Below are positions 48,770-63,500 of a DNA stretch of 64,000 nt, in pieces. Where the stretch lies: the NCBI GenBank assembly GCA_028534125.1, contig CM052816.1:32924001-32988000 (forward strand), in the 5' to 3' direction. The stretch is from Lama glama (taxonomy: Eukaryota). The first letter of the stretch is position 1; every line of letters begins with the position of its first letter. Made by a program: the position numbers and the translations under genes. The notes beneath the pieces were generated by a model. That model saw nothing but the letters and a program-made list of their open reading frames with translations, did not search any database and was not told the DNA's origin.

Positions 48770-51202
48770 CTGAAATAACAATGCCTTCAGACACAGTGGG
48801 TGGGTTTCCCCACCAAAGGGCAAAACAGCCAGAAGGCTGGAGGGCAGAGCTTTCATTATGGTAAGAAATCAGCTTCACTGAAAGGCTAAGTTGGTTGAAG
48901 GTAAAATGTACCGTGCTCTTAAAACAGACCCGCCGCTGGCTGGCCGGCATCTGTTCTTCACAAGAATGAGGGGAACACGGTTCTTAAGGCACTGGAACTA
49001 TGGGCAGAAGCAGAATGACCACCTTTAAGGGATGTTTATTCCTTCGTATGCCTGATACCGTCTTAGGCATAAGAGAGAGAACCAGGAGGAAATCCGTACT
49101 CGCGTGGAACTCAGAGCTCAGAGGAGGGAGACAATGTCAACACACGTGCACGTTCCTGCTGTAAATATCCATCCAGAGTGCAGGAGGCAGAAACGGGGAA
49201 GAGTGAGGCCCGCTGGTGAGCGGAGTCTCACAGGTGCTCAGGGTTGCAACGGACCAGATGAGTCAGGGGCTGGCTTTGGTGGTGGGGTGGGGAGAAGAGC
49301 CTGGATGACACGCTGTGTTTGAGGAACTACAAGTTACTCCGCACGCCTGGTGTGGGAGCGAGACCTGCATGGGAAGAAGGTGAGGGTGAGGTGATGAGTT
49401 GAAGACGCACCCACAGTTTCTCCCCAAGGGACTTGGAGATGGGATTACCCCAGGGACAGTGGGAAGGAACATCTAAATAGCACTTCAGTATAAAGAAATA
49501 CAGGGCCCCTTCAATCACACAGAGAACACACGTTTACCTACAAGGCATTTAAATGTCCAAATCCTGCTTCTCTGTGGTTACGGCTCACTGACTTCCAGAG
49601 AGAATTATTCCAAGTAAGTGAGGAGAGTTGTTAGAACTGATCTGACGACCTTGGTCACAGTTTCATCATTGTGTACCATGTCTGCCTGAAAGGGCACACC
49701 AACTGCAGCACCCAAGTGATCTTACGAACGGGCACCAGGCCCCACTGGGAAGAATTAGCGCCGGCACATCTCAGGCAGGGTTTTCCAAACTCATCAGTGC
49801 ACCAGGATGTCCCAGAAGGATGTTAACCCACGAAGTCTAGGGCACCACCTCCAGGGATTCTGACTGGCAAGAGGAGACGAAGCCCAGGAACCTGCAAGCT
49901 CCAGGAAGATGCTGACACAGGTCCCGGCCAGGGGCTCACCTGGAGCAGCAGTGGGCTAAGGGATGCCAAGGCCACATGGCACTTTAGTCCCCGAGACAGA
50001 AGGAGCGGAGCTGCACCCCCACCATCCCTGACGCCAACCCCTTCTACGCCAACCCTTCTCTAAAAGCGACTGGAAAGCTTTTCATATTAAATATGTTGGA
50101 TGTCTCCATCCTGCTAACTTGGGAACCGAAAGTAATTGAAATTTCAATAATTCATCAGCGTATTAGAAGCCAAAATAGGAAAATTCCCTCAGAGCAAACT
50201 GCACTCAATGGTGAAACCGCTAAAAAGTGCCTAAATGCTGGCTCTCTGCGGCTTCCAGTAACTGTGGGTTAACAGAAACGTGTGTTGCCCTCAGAAAGCG
50301 CCAGCACAGGGCTGCCCTCAAAGTGGTTTAAAGATGAGAAAAACACATGCCTGTCAAAGTCAAGTGGTACCGCTGGTGAGAGATTACAGGGCTCATTCTG
50401 GAATGGTCCCCGCAGACTGGGCCCACTCTCCCATCAGGCCAGCTCCCTGGCACCAGGGAAACCACCCTGGTGGGGACTGTGGATTTCAGTTTCTGCTGCT
50501 GTGGAAGTCTGATGATCAACAACATTAACCCCACTCCCAGATCTAAAGAGTGCCTGAATCATTCCACAGACTATCAGTGGCCTGGTGTTCCTAGCATCCC
50601 AACTGGGCCCCTCATCTCACTTAAAAAAAAAGTACAAATGGCCCGGGTGCTACACGAAAACATCATTAAAACTACCTACCCGTGTTACAAAAAAAAGTTT
50701 CTTCTATTCACTAAAGTAAAACATGTCCATCGTGGAAAATTTAGATGGCACTGCAAAATGAAAACAGAAAAGTACCTATGTTCTTTCTGATTATACTGAG
50801 GCCACAGCTTCTAGTCATTTTCCATGGCGTGTGTGTGGATGGGCATGCGTAGTTAAAATGATTTCTAAATCTAAATACCCACTTTCATTTTAAAAGCTTT
50901 GGGCTCAGAGAACGTCTTTGAACACCAAAGGATGATAATCATGTTTATTTTGGTCTGTACTTTATTATTTAATGATAATTGTTAGGCAGTGGAGAGAGCC
51001 TGTCATGGAAAGAAAGAGAGACAACTGATTGAGTTAAACAATCTTCTCTCCCCTCTTGCTTGGGAGGTGGAATCTTAATTGATTTAAATGAAAAAAATGC
51101 ACAGAAATGAAGGCTGCAACCAATCTGTCGAGTCAGCTTAGGTAAGTCTTAGGAGAAGGGAGGCAGACAGCTATTGGAATCCTCACTTTTATTCTTACCC
51201 AT

Positions 51203-51601
51203 TATAGTAAGTTGAATTGTGTCTCCTCTCAAAAGATACATCCAAGCTGTGACATACCAGTGAATGGGACCTTATTCTGAAATATGGTCTCTGTAGATGT
51301 AATTAAATTAAGGATCTCAAGATGAGATCACCCTGGATTTAGGGTAGGCCCTCAATCTAAAGATTGGTGTCCTTTTAAGAAAAAACACACAGACACAGAG
51401 CAGGAAGTCATGAGAAGATGGAGGCAGAGATGGGCCACAGGTTAAACACCACCAGGAGCTGGAAGGGGCAGGAAGGATTCTTCTTAGAATCCCTGGAGGA
51501 AGCGCAGCTCTGCCAACACCTTGATTTTGTAGACTCCAGGATGGTGAGAGAATAAAATTTTTGGTCTTATGTCACCAAGTTTGAGGTAATTAACTAACAT
51601 A
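51203..51601 (+). mobile_element. MaLR solo LTR (MLT1A/B-like) with 5-bp TSD cccat
   Basis: gttgaattgtgtc...gaatgggaccttattctgaaata...ctgccaacaccttgattt...gagaataaaattt; cccat at 51198-51202 and 51602-51606. Confidence 0.88.
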
Positions 51602-52323
51602 CCCATCTTTCACCAAAAATACTTTATTAAAGAAAGTGTATTTCTTTCAACTGAACGTGTGGTTTGGAGTCAGGGGAGAGCAGGGAATCACAGCAACCCC
51701 ATGCCAGGAATCAATCCTTGTGGGACGGTCATTCATCACCTACAGCTTTCCTCAACTGGAGCCCTTCAACAGCGGGACACAGAACGTGATTTCAGGGGCC
51801 ATCTTCTCATTTCTCCTAAAGTGAGTATGTAGCCAGTCCCCATCCAGAGGTCCGGGAGAGAAGTTCGTCTGCTACATACACTGGAGGCCTGGCCGAGTCT
51901 TTTAAGACTCTTGTCTCTGCAGGGGCTCAGAGCCTCATCAGACATCTCGTGACACGTACCCTGAGAGCAACAACAAGAAGCAGGGCCAGCGCGTGAACAA
52001 AGCCTCACTCTGCCTTCCCAGAGCAGGGAACGCCGGGCTTCAATCTGGAGGCGGAGGAGCTGTTTAACAGGCATGTGAGGACAAAAAGGCATGGGGGGCT
52101 CTGAAGGGTTCAAGGAAGGAAATGACCGTGAAATACTGGAACTCTGCCTACACCTCAATGACTTCCCAGCGAGAGAAAAGGGCTTTACAACATCGTTTGA
52201 TTAGAGAGAGAACGGACTGGAGCAGGGAAGAGAAAGGAAGTGAGTCACAGCTGCAGGTGAGAGGTGATGACGACTCCGACACTGTTAGAGAAGTGGGAGC
52301 AAAACTGGCAAACACCCACCAGC

Positions 52324-52520
52324 CAGCATCGTCCAACAGAACTCCCTGTAACAACGGGCATGTTCCGTAGCCCCACCGTCCACTGTGGCAGCCACAGCCA
52401 CGTGCAAGGTGCCCACTGTACCCGAGGAACTTCATTTTCAATTTACTCTATTTTAATTAATTTAAATTCAAACTTAAATAGTTGTATGTGGCCAGTAGCT
52501 ACTCTGTTGGTCAATGCAGT
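52324..52520 (+). mobile_element. MER3-like hAT MITE
   Basis: cagcatcgtccaacagaact...gaggaacttcattttcaattt...tttaattaatttaaattc...atgtggccagtagctact. Confidence 0.75.
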
Positions 52521-53084
52521 TCTAGAACGATATGAGAAAGTCCAAAGACACCCAGACTTGTGGCTGGGATGACTTAGCGGACCATGGTACTGCTCAGCAA
52601 AATGGGGAAAACATGAGAAGAAGCTGATTTTTCAGGGGTAAACAAAGATGTCAACTTTGGACACGCTGAATTTGAGGAAACCACCAGATGTGTGCAGAAG
52701 GATATCCAGTCAACAATTAGAAATATAATCTGAGGTAAGGAGATCAGAACTGGACGCACAGGTGAGCAACGTGGCACGTGGATAAGGCTGCCAAGGGAAG
52801 AGGTACCACAGTGCGGGTGGAAGGAGAGTCTACGCAGCTGCTCAGGTCCAAGGGTCAACTGAGGACAGAACAAAGGGGGAGCTTTTGCTCTGGGAGAGAA
52901 AGAAGAGGTGAGGGGAGATAACAAGAAAGGTGAGCTTCTCTGGAGAATGAGGATAGGAACCAGGAGGGCTCTTGTCTGATGACTTCTGTTTCCCTTAGAG
53001 AAGAGAGTTAAGGTCCTCTGCTAGGACAGAGGGAAGGAAAACAGCTGTCAGAAATGAGAAAGTAAGCTGACCTCTAAAGAGACA

Positions 53085-53175
53085 GAAAAGGAGGGAGAGA
53101 GAGAAAGAAAGAAAAGAAAGGAATAAATAAAAAAAGAAAGAAAAGAAAGACAGATGGAGGGAGGAAGGGAAAAAA
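53085..53175 (+). repeat. Purine-rich low-complexity tract (GA/GAAA/GGAG)
   Basis: gagagagagaaagaaagaaaagaaagg...aaagaaagaaaagaaaga...ggagggaggaaggg. Confidence 0.8.
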
Positions 53176-54199
53176 GCTTACACAGCAACACTGAGAACTT
53201 AGCTGAGCTCTTTCATTCTAGACAGTAGGTTGTGTAAATGCATGTTTTTTTTTCAAACCCTGGAGACCTCATGAAAATAGTAGTGAAGAAAAAGAATCAA
53301 AACCATAACAGTGAAAAGAATGTGCTTGGGGCATTAGCAGAAAGAAGATCTGGGCAAATCCCTTAAGGGCAAAGTGGAAGGAAAAGTATTGAGGAAAGAA
53401 ACACAATGGAAAAAGCCAAATTCTATAAAATACACAAGAAGAGGTGGCCAGTCGACCCAGAAGACGGTTGGCAGGGTTTAGACTCAGTCTTGGCAGATAG
53501 GACGAAGGACAAGAACGACAGTGGGGCTGAAAACAGGAGGAGTAACTGTCTGTATACAGAGCAAGTGAAGATTCCCAGCATGTGCCAGCCTCAGCTAAAG
53601 TCAGCAGGCACTCCTCCTATTAAAAATGTATAGAAATGCTGCAAAAAAGGAACAATGAGAAAGAAATTCACTGCCAAGGTTAAAAGAAAGAAAGTAAAAT
53701 CTCCAGGTGCCAGAAATGAAGTGAAAGTAAGGCTAGTGAGGTTAGGAAGGCGGTGGTGCTGCAGCAGCCGTGGGAGTGGAGAGCCGGGCAGGGTCCGGCA
53801 GGAGAGGGACAGCGACCCTGCAGGTCAGGCTGTTTGAGGGGATCCTCCCGCATAAAGCCTGGAGCCTTCCTGCCCCGCCCACCTGTGAGAAGTGGACAGA
53901 CAGCGCCGCCCTGGAAGCAGAAAGAAGCCCTCGGCTGAGCAGAGCCCTTTCCTGAGCAGGGTCAAGCCCAGGAAATCAACATCTCAGACCCGTGACGCAC
54001 TTGGGTGTGGAGTCCAAGTTTATATGACCTCCTACTGCAGGGCCCCGATCTTAGAAATTAACGGTGAAAACCTGCTGCCACAGAGACCTAATTGGGAAAC
54101 CACGCAATATCATTAAGGAATAAGAAGAGACTTAAACCTTGCATGACTGGGAGCCCAGGACCACGGAGCCACCAGACATGGAGGGGTGACCGCAGAGAG

Positions 54200-56340
54200 C
54201 GGAGGTGAGACAAGAGAGCCAGCGGTCTATGTCAGGAGGTAAATTCACCGGAGAAGTTAGAATAAGGCAAACAGTAAACTGCGTTGTGACAAATATGTTT
54301 AGGGTCCTTAAATAGATAAAAAGGGGTAATTTCCATACAGAGTAAGACATTATGAAACAAAAATAGGCAGGTATCAAACAAGAATAGGTAGATGAGAAAA
54401 AAAAGCCTGTGGGAAATGAAGTCAATGAAATAAAATCAATGTACAGGTCAAGCTCTAGACTGGATAACACTGGAAAGAGAATTAGTGAACAGGAACATAG
54501 CATGGAGAAATTAGTTCACAACACAGCACAGGGAGCTCAAGAGACAAAATAGGAAGGTGTCACTGAGAGTTATAAATGATCTTTGGACGTTCCAACACAC
54601 TTTTAAAGGTATTCCAGAGGACAGGAACACAGAAAATGACAGGAAAACAATATTTGAAAAGAAAATAGGTAAGTTTTCCAGATGCAGAGACCAACCTAAG
54701 TCCTGAGACGGAAGAATCATGTTAGGTGCTAAGTACTTGTGGCAGTTTTTAGGTATTTCTGCAAATTCTTCGATATTTCTTCTATCAATAGTGGAGTCCT
54801 ATTCCCCTCTCCTTGCATAGGCCTGGCCTGAGAGACTGTATCTGGTAATCAGAATGCAGGAGGAGTAACACAGTGTAACTTCCAAGGCTAGGTTAGAAAA
54901 GGCAATGTAATCTTGCCTAGTCTCTCTTGGGATGCTGCCCTTACAAGCCAACGCTCTGCGATAAAGAAGCCCAGACCACTCGGAGACGATGCTTGTGGGT
55001 GTTCTGACCAGCAGTCCCTGCTAAGGTCCAGACGACAGCTAGCCTCCCCCACCAGACATAGGAGCAAGTAAGCCTCGAGATGACTCTGGCCCTGGTCACC
55101 ATCTGACTGCAGTCACATCTGAACCCGAGAGAGAACTGTCCACCAGAGCCCAGTCATCCTCAGAACCATGCAGATAATAAATGATTGCTGTTTTGGGTCT
55201 CCATGTTTGTGGTGGTTTGTGCTGCAGCTGGTGCTAGCTGGAAGAAGATGAAAAAACTGCATATCTAGGAACACTGTGGTGCGAACGAAGAGGGAGGGCA
55301 AAGGATAATGAGAGAAACTTAAAGCTGTCTGGTAGGGGAGAGAGATGCCTTAGGCCCTGAGGGCAGGGGTGTAGGACTGTTTCACTCACTACTGTATTCA
55401 GCATGCTGAACAGTGTCTGACACAGTGCCAGTCTCAGTATAATCTTGAATATCGCTAAGTGAAACTGTCACCTGAAAATCCAATACCTAGCTAGGCTACT
55501 ATAGAATGCTGAGTAATGGCCCCAAAGATGTTCACACCAAATGCTGGGAACCTGGGAATGCGTTACCTTACACGGCAAAAGGGAATTTGCAGGAATGATT
55601 GGAAAAGGCAAGGAAGCAGAGCCGGCCAAGAAGGAACACAGCCTTGGTGATAGTGAGAGAGAGACACTGCAGACTTCTGACCTCCAGGACTGGGAGATAA
55701 TCAATCCGTGTTATTTTTATCCACTATTTGTGGTAATTGTTACAGCAACAATGGGGAGCTATCCACTGATCATCAAGAGTGTGGGCAAAAATAAAGATAT
55801 TCTCAAAGACTAAGAATTAATCACCCACAGACCTTTGCTGAAAGAACTTTTTAAGGATACACGCTTCTCAGTAATAAGCAAACTAAACCTGGAAAAAGAA
55901 TTGGGTAAAAAGAATAGTGATAACCACAAAAACTGGGGATGCAGGGACAGAAGGACCCTTCCCACGCTGCCTGTAAATGGACGGACGGGCTGGCCAGCCT
56001 GGAAAGCCGTACTGCAGAATCTGGTCCAAGTCAGAACACACGTACCACCCCAAGACTCCGCAACCTCACTCCCAAACAGGTGTTCCAGAGAAATGCCCGC
56101 ACAGGGCCAAGGAGGGCGTGCACACGGGAATATGCCCCGGGGCACTGTTTGTGGCAGTGGGAAGTCTGGATGTCCCGCACAAGAGATGTGGTGGGGACCA
56201 CAACACAACTCTAGGAGGCCATTAGACCTCGTGCATCCATGGCAACATGAACAGACCTTAAAATCAGAGTGCTGATGGGTGAAAGAGAAAGAAGCCTACA
56301 GCACCACACGATTGACGTAAATTAAAAACAGCACACAAAG
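54200..56340 (+). mobile_element. Old LINE-1 relic interrupted by two MLT1-type LTRs (about 54738-55250 and 55498-55770)
   Basis: L1 ORF1-like gaagagaattagtgaac, aaaacaatatttgaaaa; MLT1-like tgtaacttccaaggctaggttagaaaagg and aatggccccaaagatgttcac...gttaccttacacggcaaaaggga...tggtaattgttacagca. Confidence 0.6.
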
Positions 56341-59300
56341 CACTGTGCATAAGGACACACATCAAATGGGGCGAAGGGACGGAGAGAGAAAAGGAATAAA
56401 ACATTAAGAGGGCCTTTCCACGGATCAGTGAGTGTCCTTTAACGGTGATATAATTAGCTTATCTCTCTGCCCTGCAGGCCAAATTAAAACAAAGGAATGA
56501 AAGAAAGTAAATAGGAAGATGGGGGCTCAGGAGCATAAGAGACAGGGCAGAGCCAGAGACTGAGATGCTGGCGATGAGCAAGAGCCTGGTGTTAGCGCTG
56601 TCGCAGACAGACGTCAGATGTCGGTGGGGTGGGCACAGAGCAGGGCTTCCAGACAGCGGGCCAGTTCCCCCAAGAGTGAGGTGAGATCAAGTGTGAGCAG
56701 AGCCAGCTCCTGGCCCTTCACTCCCCCAGGACGACGAGTCCACTGAAGAAGTCATCTGGGAACGTGGTCCCCAGATGAGTAATAGGCAGGAAAGAAAGGG
56801 GGCACCAGAGGCCCCAGCAGGATGAGAAACATTATTATTAGCCATAAAAGAACCAGTCTGTTCCACTGATGTTACGCAGCAGTGTTCACTGGGTAGCTGT
56901 AATTTCAGGCAATTAGGTTGTAATTCATAATTTCGCTGTGTAATGGAGCTGGTTATGAGGAGAGGATTTCTACACCGTAGAGGGCTGAGATTCACTGGGC
57001 CGGAAAAGTTCTACTTAATGAGTCTGAGGCAGTTAGTCCTGCGTAATTCTCAGAAAGCTGCCTCCTCAAAGTTCAGGCTCAGTGAGTGTTTTGCAGAAAA
57101 CCACATCCTCCCATCGGAGATCTTTTAAGACTTGGAGCCCTCCAACAGATGAGAAATCAGAATTTACTTACAGGAAAGATATATTCGTTCCTCTAAGTGT
57201 TATTTGTTTCAGCAATGAAATATTTTACTGTCAATGGCTATTCTGAGTTGGCTGAATCAGAAGAGGAAGAGATCACAAAACAGACAGAGAACAAACCCAG
57301 CATTTCCAGTCCCCAAAGATGTGACAGGTGTACTGCTTTCTCCCTTGTTCTACAGCCGGCTAAAGAACCTGGACCAGATTATCTACGTGGTTGTGTCAGG
57401 GAAAAGGTCAGAGCTTTGGCTGTCTTCCTAGTTTCTTACTAGCTTTCCAACAGATGGAGTCAGCTATTGCTTTACAGCCAAGAGCTCACCTTTGCACAGC
57501 CTGGCTTCCTCCCAGGAGCAGAGGCTGGAGAAGGGAGACCGGCGATGGATAAGCAGACACTGGTGCCCACAACTAAAGAGGCTGCCTCACAATTTCTATG
57601 GCACAGATGTGCACGAAGCCCTTTTAGAGTCACTGGAACTATTTCCAAAGAAGATTACGAAAAGAATCATAGTTTTGAGGGTTCTCTGCCTTGGAATGCA
57701 CTTAAAACTTCCTTGAACTACAGAGAAGACGGGCGACAGGTTTTGCCTATAATGCTCCTCCACTGGGCTCAGATCAGGATAAATATATGCACAAATAGCT
57801 TCTTCTCTATGAAACAAACTTACTTTGCTTCACTTTGTGTTGCTTTGGAATGCTGGAACACTGATCTGTGGAACCCTAAGGAATCTGGCCCCCCCGGGCT
57901 ACTATAACAGAGGATGTTTCACTTCTGGTCTGTGTGGGAGCAGGAGATGAAACAGGGAAAGGAAAGGAGTTCAAACGATAGAACAGTGAATGCTGCATCC
58001 CATGCTAAGGTTACCACCGCCCAGGTTCTGGTGCTGAATTAACATCAGCATAGACGACTATCACACTCCAGTGGGCCTCGGATTTCTCATCTCTAAGAAC
58101 GGTATTTCAGTACCTCTCGTAAAATTCTAGCACAGATTAAAATGAGATGTGCATAAATCACTGCTCATTACAAGTAAATGCTCAAAACATGTTCCGTGTT
58201 ATAATTCAGACTCTACGCCCTGCTTTGCCTTCAGAGGTATCTATTTTATAGTTCAAGAGGTATATGTTTAGTTTGAAAATGTCCAAAGAATGTTAATGCT
58301 ATCAATATTATTAACAGGTCCTTAAAAATAAACTATCAAGATTACACTGAAAAAAAAAAATGCATTGGTGGATGGCACCTTGTAAAACTGTCTACTTTCC
58401 TTCATCGGATGAGCACGGGAAGCTCTCCCCTGTGCCAGGCAACGCCTCCTCGCCCTTGGATCCCCAGCATGCCCACATCCTGCCGGATTCTAGGATGAGC
58501 ACACCCCTCTCCACACTCCCTCTTATAGCGCATGTGACCCTGGTGAGTGGTCAGACAGGGTTGAGAACCCCTCCTCTTTCAGATGCAGGGCTCATCACTG
58601 CCATACTGTGGCTCCTGGAGGAGTGGGCCAGGTGTGAGTAGACAGTGCCAGAAGGGCTGTGGTTCTCTCTGTTTTCACTCCGCCTGTGGGGAGAGAGGTA
58701 AAGATGCCTGGAGAGGCTCTTAGAACCCACCCAGTGGGGAAATGAAGGACACTGCCTTCCCCTTCCTGTCCCAGCGCTTGCTGGGATCACACTGGGGAAG
58801 GGTGCTGGGGTCCTAGACCCCATTCACCAATTCATTGGCTCCTGGAAGGGCCTGGGTGTCTGGCCTTTGAAGAGTTTCCCAGTGATTCTGACACACAGGC
58901 TAAAAGCTACCAGGAGGGATGCATGAAACCGCCTGCTCCTCTGGCACCCTGATGCATGTCCAGGTCTATCTCATGTCACACTCGAAGCAAATACATCAGC
59001 TGTGTTAGGAACATTACTGATCAACAAATAGCCATGTGCTCCTTCACATTTCTCAGCCCCTCTAAGTTACAGACATCTGTCTAGTTCTGGCCAACAGGTT
59101 GTGAGCAGAAGCATTCAGGTATAGGGGTGAGTCTCTTCAAGGGATGTTTCAGGTAATGGGTTATCGCTAGCCTGGGTTCCTGACTGCGTATTCGGAGCAG
59201 AGTTGTGCTCACCTACAAACTAGCACTGGATATGCAGTGCAAGCTGGAAATAAGCTTTTCTGGTGTGCCATGCCCCTGAAACTTGAGAGGAGTGAGTTTG

Positions 59301-60819
59301 TCACTGCTGTATAACCTATCCTCATCTGGACTAATACTCCAGTCACACAAAAGAAGAGCCACCTGGGACTCTCGAATTGAGGCAAGAGGAGAACGCTGAA
59401 GCCAGACCCCCTTCCTCTCAGCTCTCCACTGCAGGGCCAGACTGGTGCTGGCCATGTTACAACAGGTACCTTGCTTTTAAATAAAACTTTTATGAATTTA
59501 AACTTAGCTAATATTGGCATCTTCGTTCTCATATAAAGAAACTCCTAAGAGGAAATGGAACAGATAAGATATGAACAAATTTCCATCAAGGACAAGAGAA
59601 TAACTGCTTGTGTATGGATATCAACTTGTTAAGGCTGGGAGGTACACATCACTGCCCATAATCCATGCTCTATTTTTTGTTTCTTCAATTTGAAAATTAA
59701 GGAAGAGTAAAAAGAAAAAAAAAGCCTATCCTTTCACTGCCTAGACTTAGCCTCTTAATACTTCAGCATATTAACTCCCTTTCTGTTTCTAGAACACTAT
59801 AGAAATGTTCAAGTACCCTCTGACCTACACTCGAAGGTACTCACTACTCCCCTCTCCAACTACCAAGAGATTGGTTTATGTTGTTCTGGCCTACTTTAAA
59901 TACTCCTGCACATACGCATACAGAGTTAATGCAAATGTGTACACATATAAATTCACACTAAATAGAATGTACTGCTCTGCAGTCATGCATTTTCGATATA
60001 CAGACACTGGGGTCAAGAAAGGTATCATGGAGGGAGAGGCAGACGGTGAAGAGCTCACATGAGCTAAGGCCAAATAAGGTGAAGCGGAGATAAAGCTTTA
60101 TTTAACCTACATAAGGTCACAATAATTTCACTTCCAGAAATATCTCCACTGCTACTGATTTTTGGTTAAAAATATCAAAGTGACACTGACGTAGACTGTA
60201 ACGGGAGATAATTCAGGCAAAGTGAATGGCTGCTTCGGAGACAGACCCGGCTCTGGTCACCTCAGTATAATGCTATACAGCTTAACTCCCAGTAGGGGTA
60301 TATATTATACATATAGCCTAAAAGTAAGTACATATTATCAATGGATTCATTACTAGAAAGAAGTATGTAATAAAACATACGGTCAGCCTTCAAGGTCATT
60401 ACTCTTTCTAAGCAGATTCTTTCATTTAATTTGGACTCCTCTTTCCAACCCCTTAAACATGAACACAGATCGCCAAGTGCTCTTGGAGATAAGGTGAGTA
60501 AATACTGAAGGTGGATTCAATGTGGTGTTCAGAACCAGTGCAGTATTTAGAAACTGGCACCGATGGATTTAGAACTAATGGCTCTAGGGGTGGAGGTGGG
60601 CCCTGGGATCATGTAAGGGGATGCTCAGTAAACGGGAGTTCATGGGATGGGCGCATGCCGCACACCTGACTGAGCAGGACAGAGCCGGACCCCTCACACC
60701 TCCGAGAGCCCTCCTGCAGGAGAAAGATGCAGGCAGTCACACTGCAGCACCACCATCCTGTCAGACTCACAAACTGAAAAGTGGCCAAAGGATATCAGCC
60801 TGATCTCCCTGAAGAAGCA

Positions 60820-61235
60820 GAAACTGGGAAGAGTTCAACCACACAGCCAGTGATCCAATCAATCCCGCTTACATAATCAAACCCCAATGAGAACTTTGGG
60901 TCCTGAAGCCTGGGTGAACGTCCTTGGCTGGCAATACTCAGTGTGGTCACAGGTTCCAGCACAAAGGAGGTAACAGCATGCGGGACTCACGGCGAGGAGA
61001 GAGCCGGAAGCTTTCTCTGGGACTCTACCAGACTTCACCTGTGCCTTTTGGTTGGTTCACATGTGTATCTTTCTGCTATAATAAAACTGTAATCACAGAT
61101 TCTTTTTAAGTGGCTCAAAGGAGTCCATGATAGGATTGTTACTTTGAAAAGCTTATGGAGTAAATGGGTCCTCAGAGAGTGGCAACGTGTGAAGGAAATT
61201 TCTCTCTTGTACCTGCATCCTTCGTTAAGGGCTTC
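60820..61235 (+). mobile_element. LTR relic (MER21-like)
   Basis: ttggctggcaatactcagtgtg...ccagacttcacctgtg...ctataataaaactgtaatc. Confidence 0.5.
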
Positions 61236-63269
61236 CTCGCTCAGCTCTGCCACTCCCTTCCCCAGCCCCCCAAACGCGACATTATCAGGACTTTGGAGTT
61301 ACTATCTGCTAAGGAGGATGAGATGAGAGGGAAGGAAGAGGGCCCTATGGCATTCTGGAGGTTTACCTGTCTTTTTTTCTGACCAAGTGGCAGCCATTTA
61401 AGAATCTGGAGTTCAGAGTCCTCATTTATATTTCAAAAGACTTCAGGTGAACTGGGTGATCGCGTTTTTATTACATGGATCCCAGGAACACAGAACAATG
61501 AAATCTCTTCGCAAATGGAACAATGAATCTCAGAATCAAGAGTAATTGGTATAGAAAAGACAGGCGCTTGTATCTTCTTATGACTGGTAGAAACACAACC
61601 CCCAACCCACTCAGAAAGTCAATTAACTAACACTGAAGGTTCTAAAGACAGTTTGAGGGGGAGTGGGCAGACAGAGAGGGGCTTTTATTTGGTTCAAAAT
61701 AGCATGCCTTCTAGTCTCTTGAATTGATCGTAGTGATGGCCAGAAAGTCAAAGCAGAAGTCAGACCCCAAACATGAAGGAAGCCTAGAAGGGGTGATGGA
61801 ATTCATTCCCAGACATGGTGAAGATAACCAGGTAGGGCCCTGGGTACAAGGAAGAAACTCTGCTACCATCACCTTATGCCATGGATGTGCAGAACTTTCT
61901 GAAAAATTTGCACAAAATCTCAGAAGGAATGTGTGGCCTATTTTTGATTCAAGTCTGATTCAATGGGACACAGATTCATGAGCCTGTGGTCACATCCAGT
62001 TTGCTTTACCAAACTATCTGGGGAAAACATGGGTCCTTTCTGCTACCTGGCAGTTGACCTAAACAATTACGTTAAAAACGTGTAGTGCAGAGAAGCTGAA
62101 CCTGCCAACGCATGTCCCTGCTGTGAGTTCCCAGGGTGTCCTTTGTGTTCACCCTTCCCAACCGCTTGACATGTACTACTGTAACAACCTGTTTACTTGC
62201 CTGTCTCCCAAACATCCTTCAGGCCAGTGACTGTGTCCTAGTCATCCTGCATCCCCTCTGCTTGGCCCAGAGGAGCTGACCAACCGTGCGGACGGAATGA
62301 GTTGATGAATGAACAAAGAGCAAAGCGCTTCCCTTTCTAGACTCTACTTGGCCTAAATTTAACTCACTTCTTTAAGTGTGAGGAAATGAGTGGTTCTATT
62401 ACAGAGCATGCAGAAATAAACAATTATCTCATTTAATAATGAGCTGGGACCAATAACAAAAATTGCCTGCCTGTTGTTCCTTAGTTACTGCTCTGCCAAG
62501 TAGCACGATCTGTTAACTGACATTAAAGATCTAGTTTCATTAAATCTTGAACAAGGCTCAGAAAACCTCCTGAGAGCACTCTGTTTAATTACAGGCAGGG
62601 GGCAAGCACCAATCCTATCGATCTGGTCAGTTCAAATTCTACACAACGAATGTGGGTGATAAAAGAAGTGGCCTCAACTGCTTTACAGGCAACTCTGATG
62701 AACTGTGGATTCAGAGTTGCTATAAAGACAGCAAAGGCAAACCAGCCATGTTATCACGTGGTACCGTGGGATGAAACTGTACCTCAGTCCCTGCATAGAA
62801 CTACATATCGTCAAGAACAGAGGACAACCAACCACAAAAGACATATTTCTCCTCAGGGAAATAAAATATGTTGGGTGGTGGTAGGTGGAAGTCATCCAGA
62901 ACTTGAAAGTCTAGTACGCTGGCAACTAAAGACATCTAGCAAATTCTGATACCCACAACTGTCTTGGAAAAGAGAAATAAACCCAATTCGTGGGGATGTG
63001 TACAAATTCCTGAGGACATTGCCAACTGAGGAAGAGACACAAGCTCCTTTATAAGTTCCTTAAGTTCCTTCATATAAAATCATACTAACTGCAAAACTTG
63101 AGATGTAATAAACGTGATCAGAAGAAAGGTTCTGAGTACAATGTGTGTGTGTGTGTATTTCATGTCCATCTCAGAGTTCTTCAAATATCTTAAAAGATTC
63201 TTAAGGGAAAAAAAGATAATGTGGTGTTACTCTTTCCAGAGCACTAAAGAGAGAACTCTAGATTTTACC

Positions 63270-63500
63270 CCCAAGAACTACTGATACTGTTTGAGCATTT
63301 ACTACATTCCAGGCATTGGTGAAGTGCTTCGATAATTCATGAGGATTACCTAACTTTCCTGCACTGGGCACTATTATTACCCCCACTTCATGGTGGAGGA
63401 AACTGAGGAGCAGAGATGTTAGGTAACTTGCCAAAGACTCATGGTGACTTGTTACATCAGGCTGTGACACCAGGTGATCACAGAGCCCAGGTACCTGGTG
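63270..63500. mobile_element. MIR SINE
   Basis: ttgagcatttactacattccaggca...attattacccccactt...gaggaaactgagg...aggtaacttgccaaag. Confidence 0.75.

Noticed and set aside
60260..60290. gtataatgctatac resembles part of loxP
   Set aside because: The 13-bp inverted arms and 8-bp spacer are absent; a chance match.
49600..60500. Scattered plus-strand donor-like motifs (ttaggtaagt at about 51138, aaggtgagta at about 60491) suggesting an antisense spliced lncRNA
   Set aside because: Such motifs are expected by chance at this frequency, and I could not build a coherent exon chain from sequence alone.
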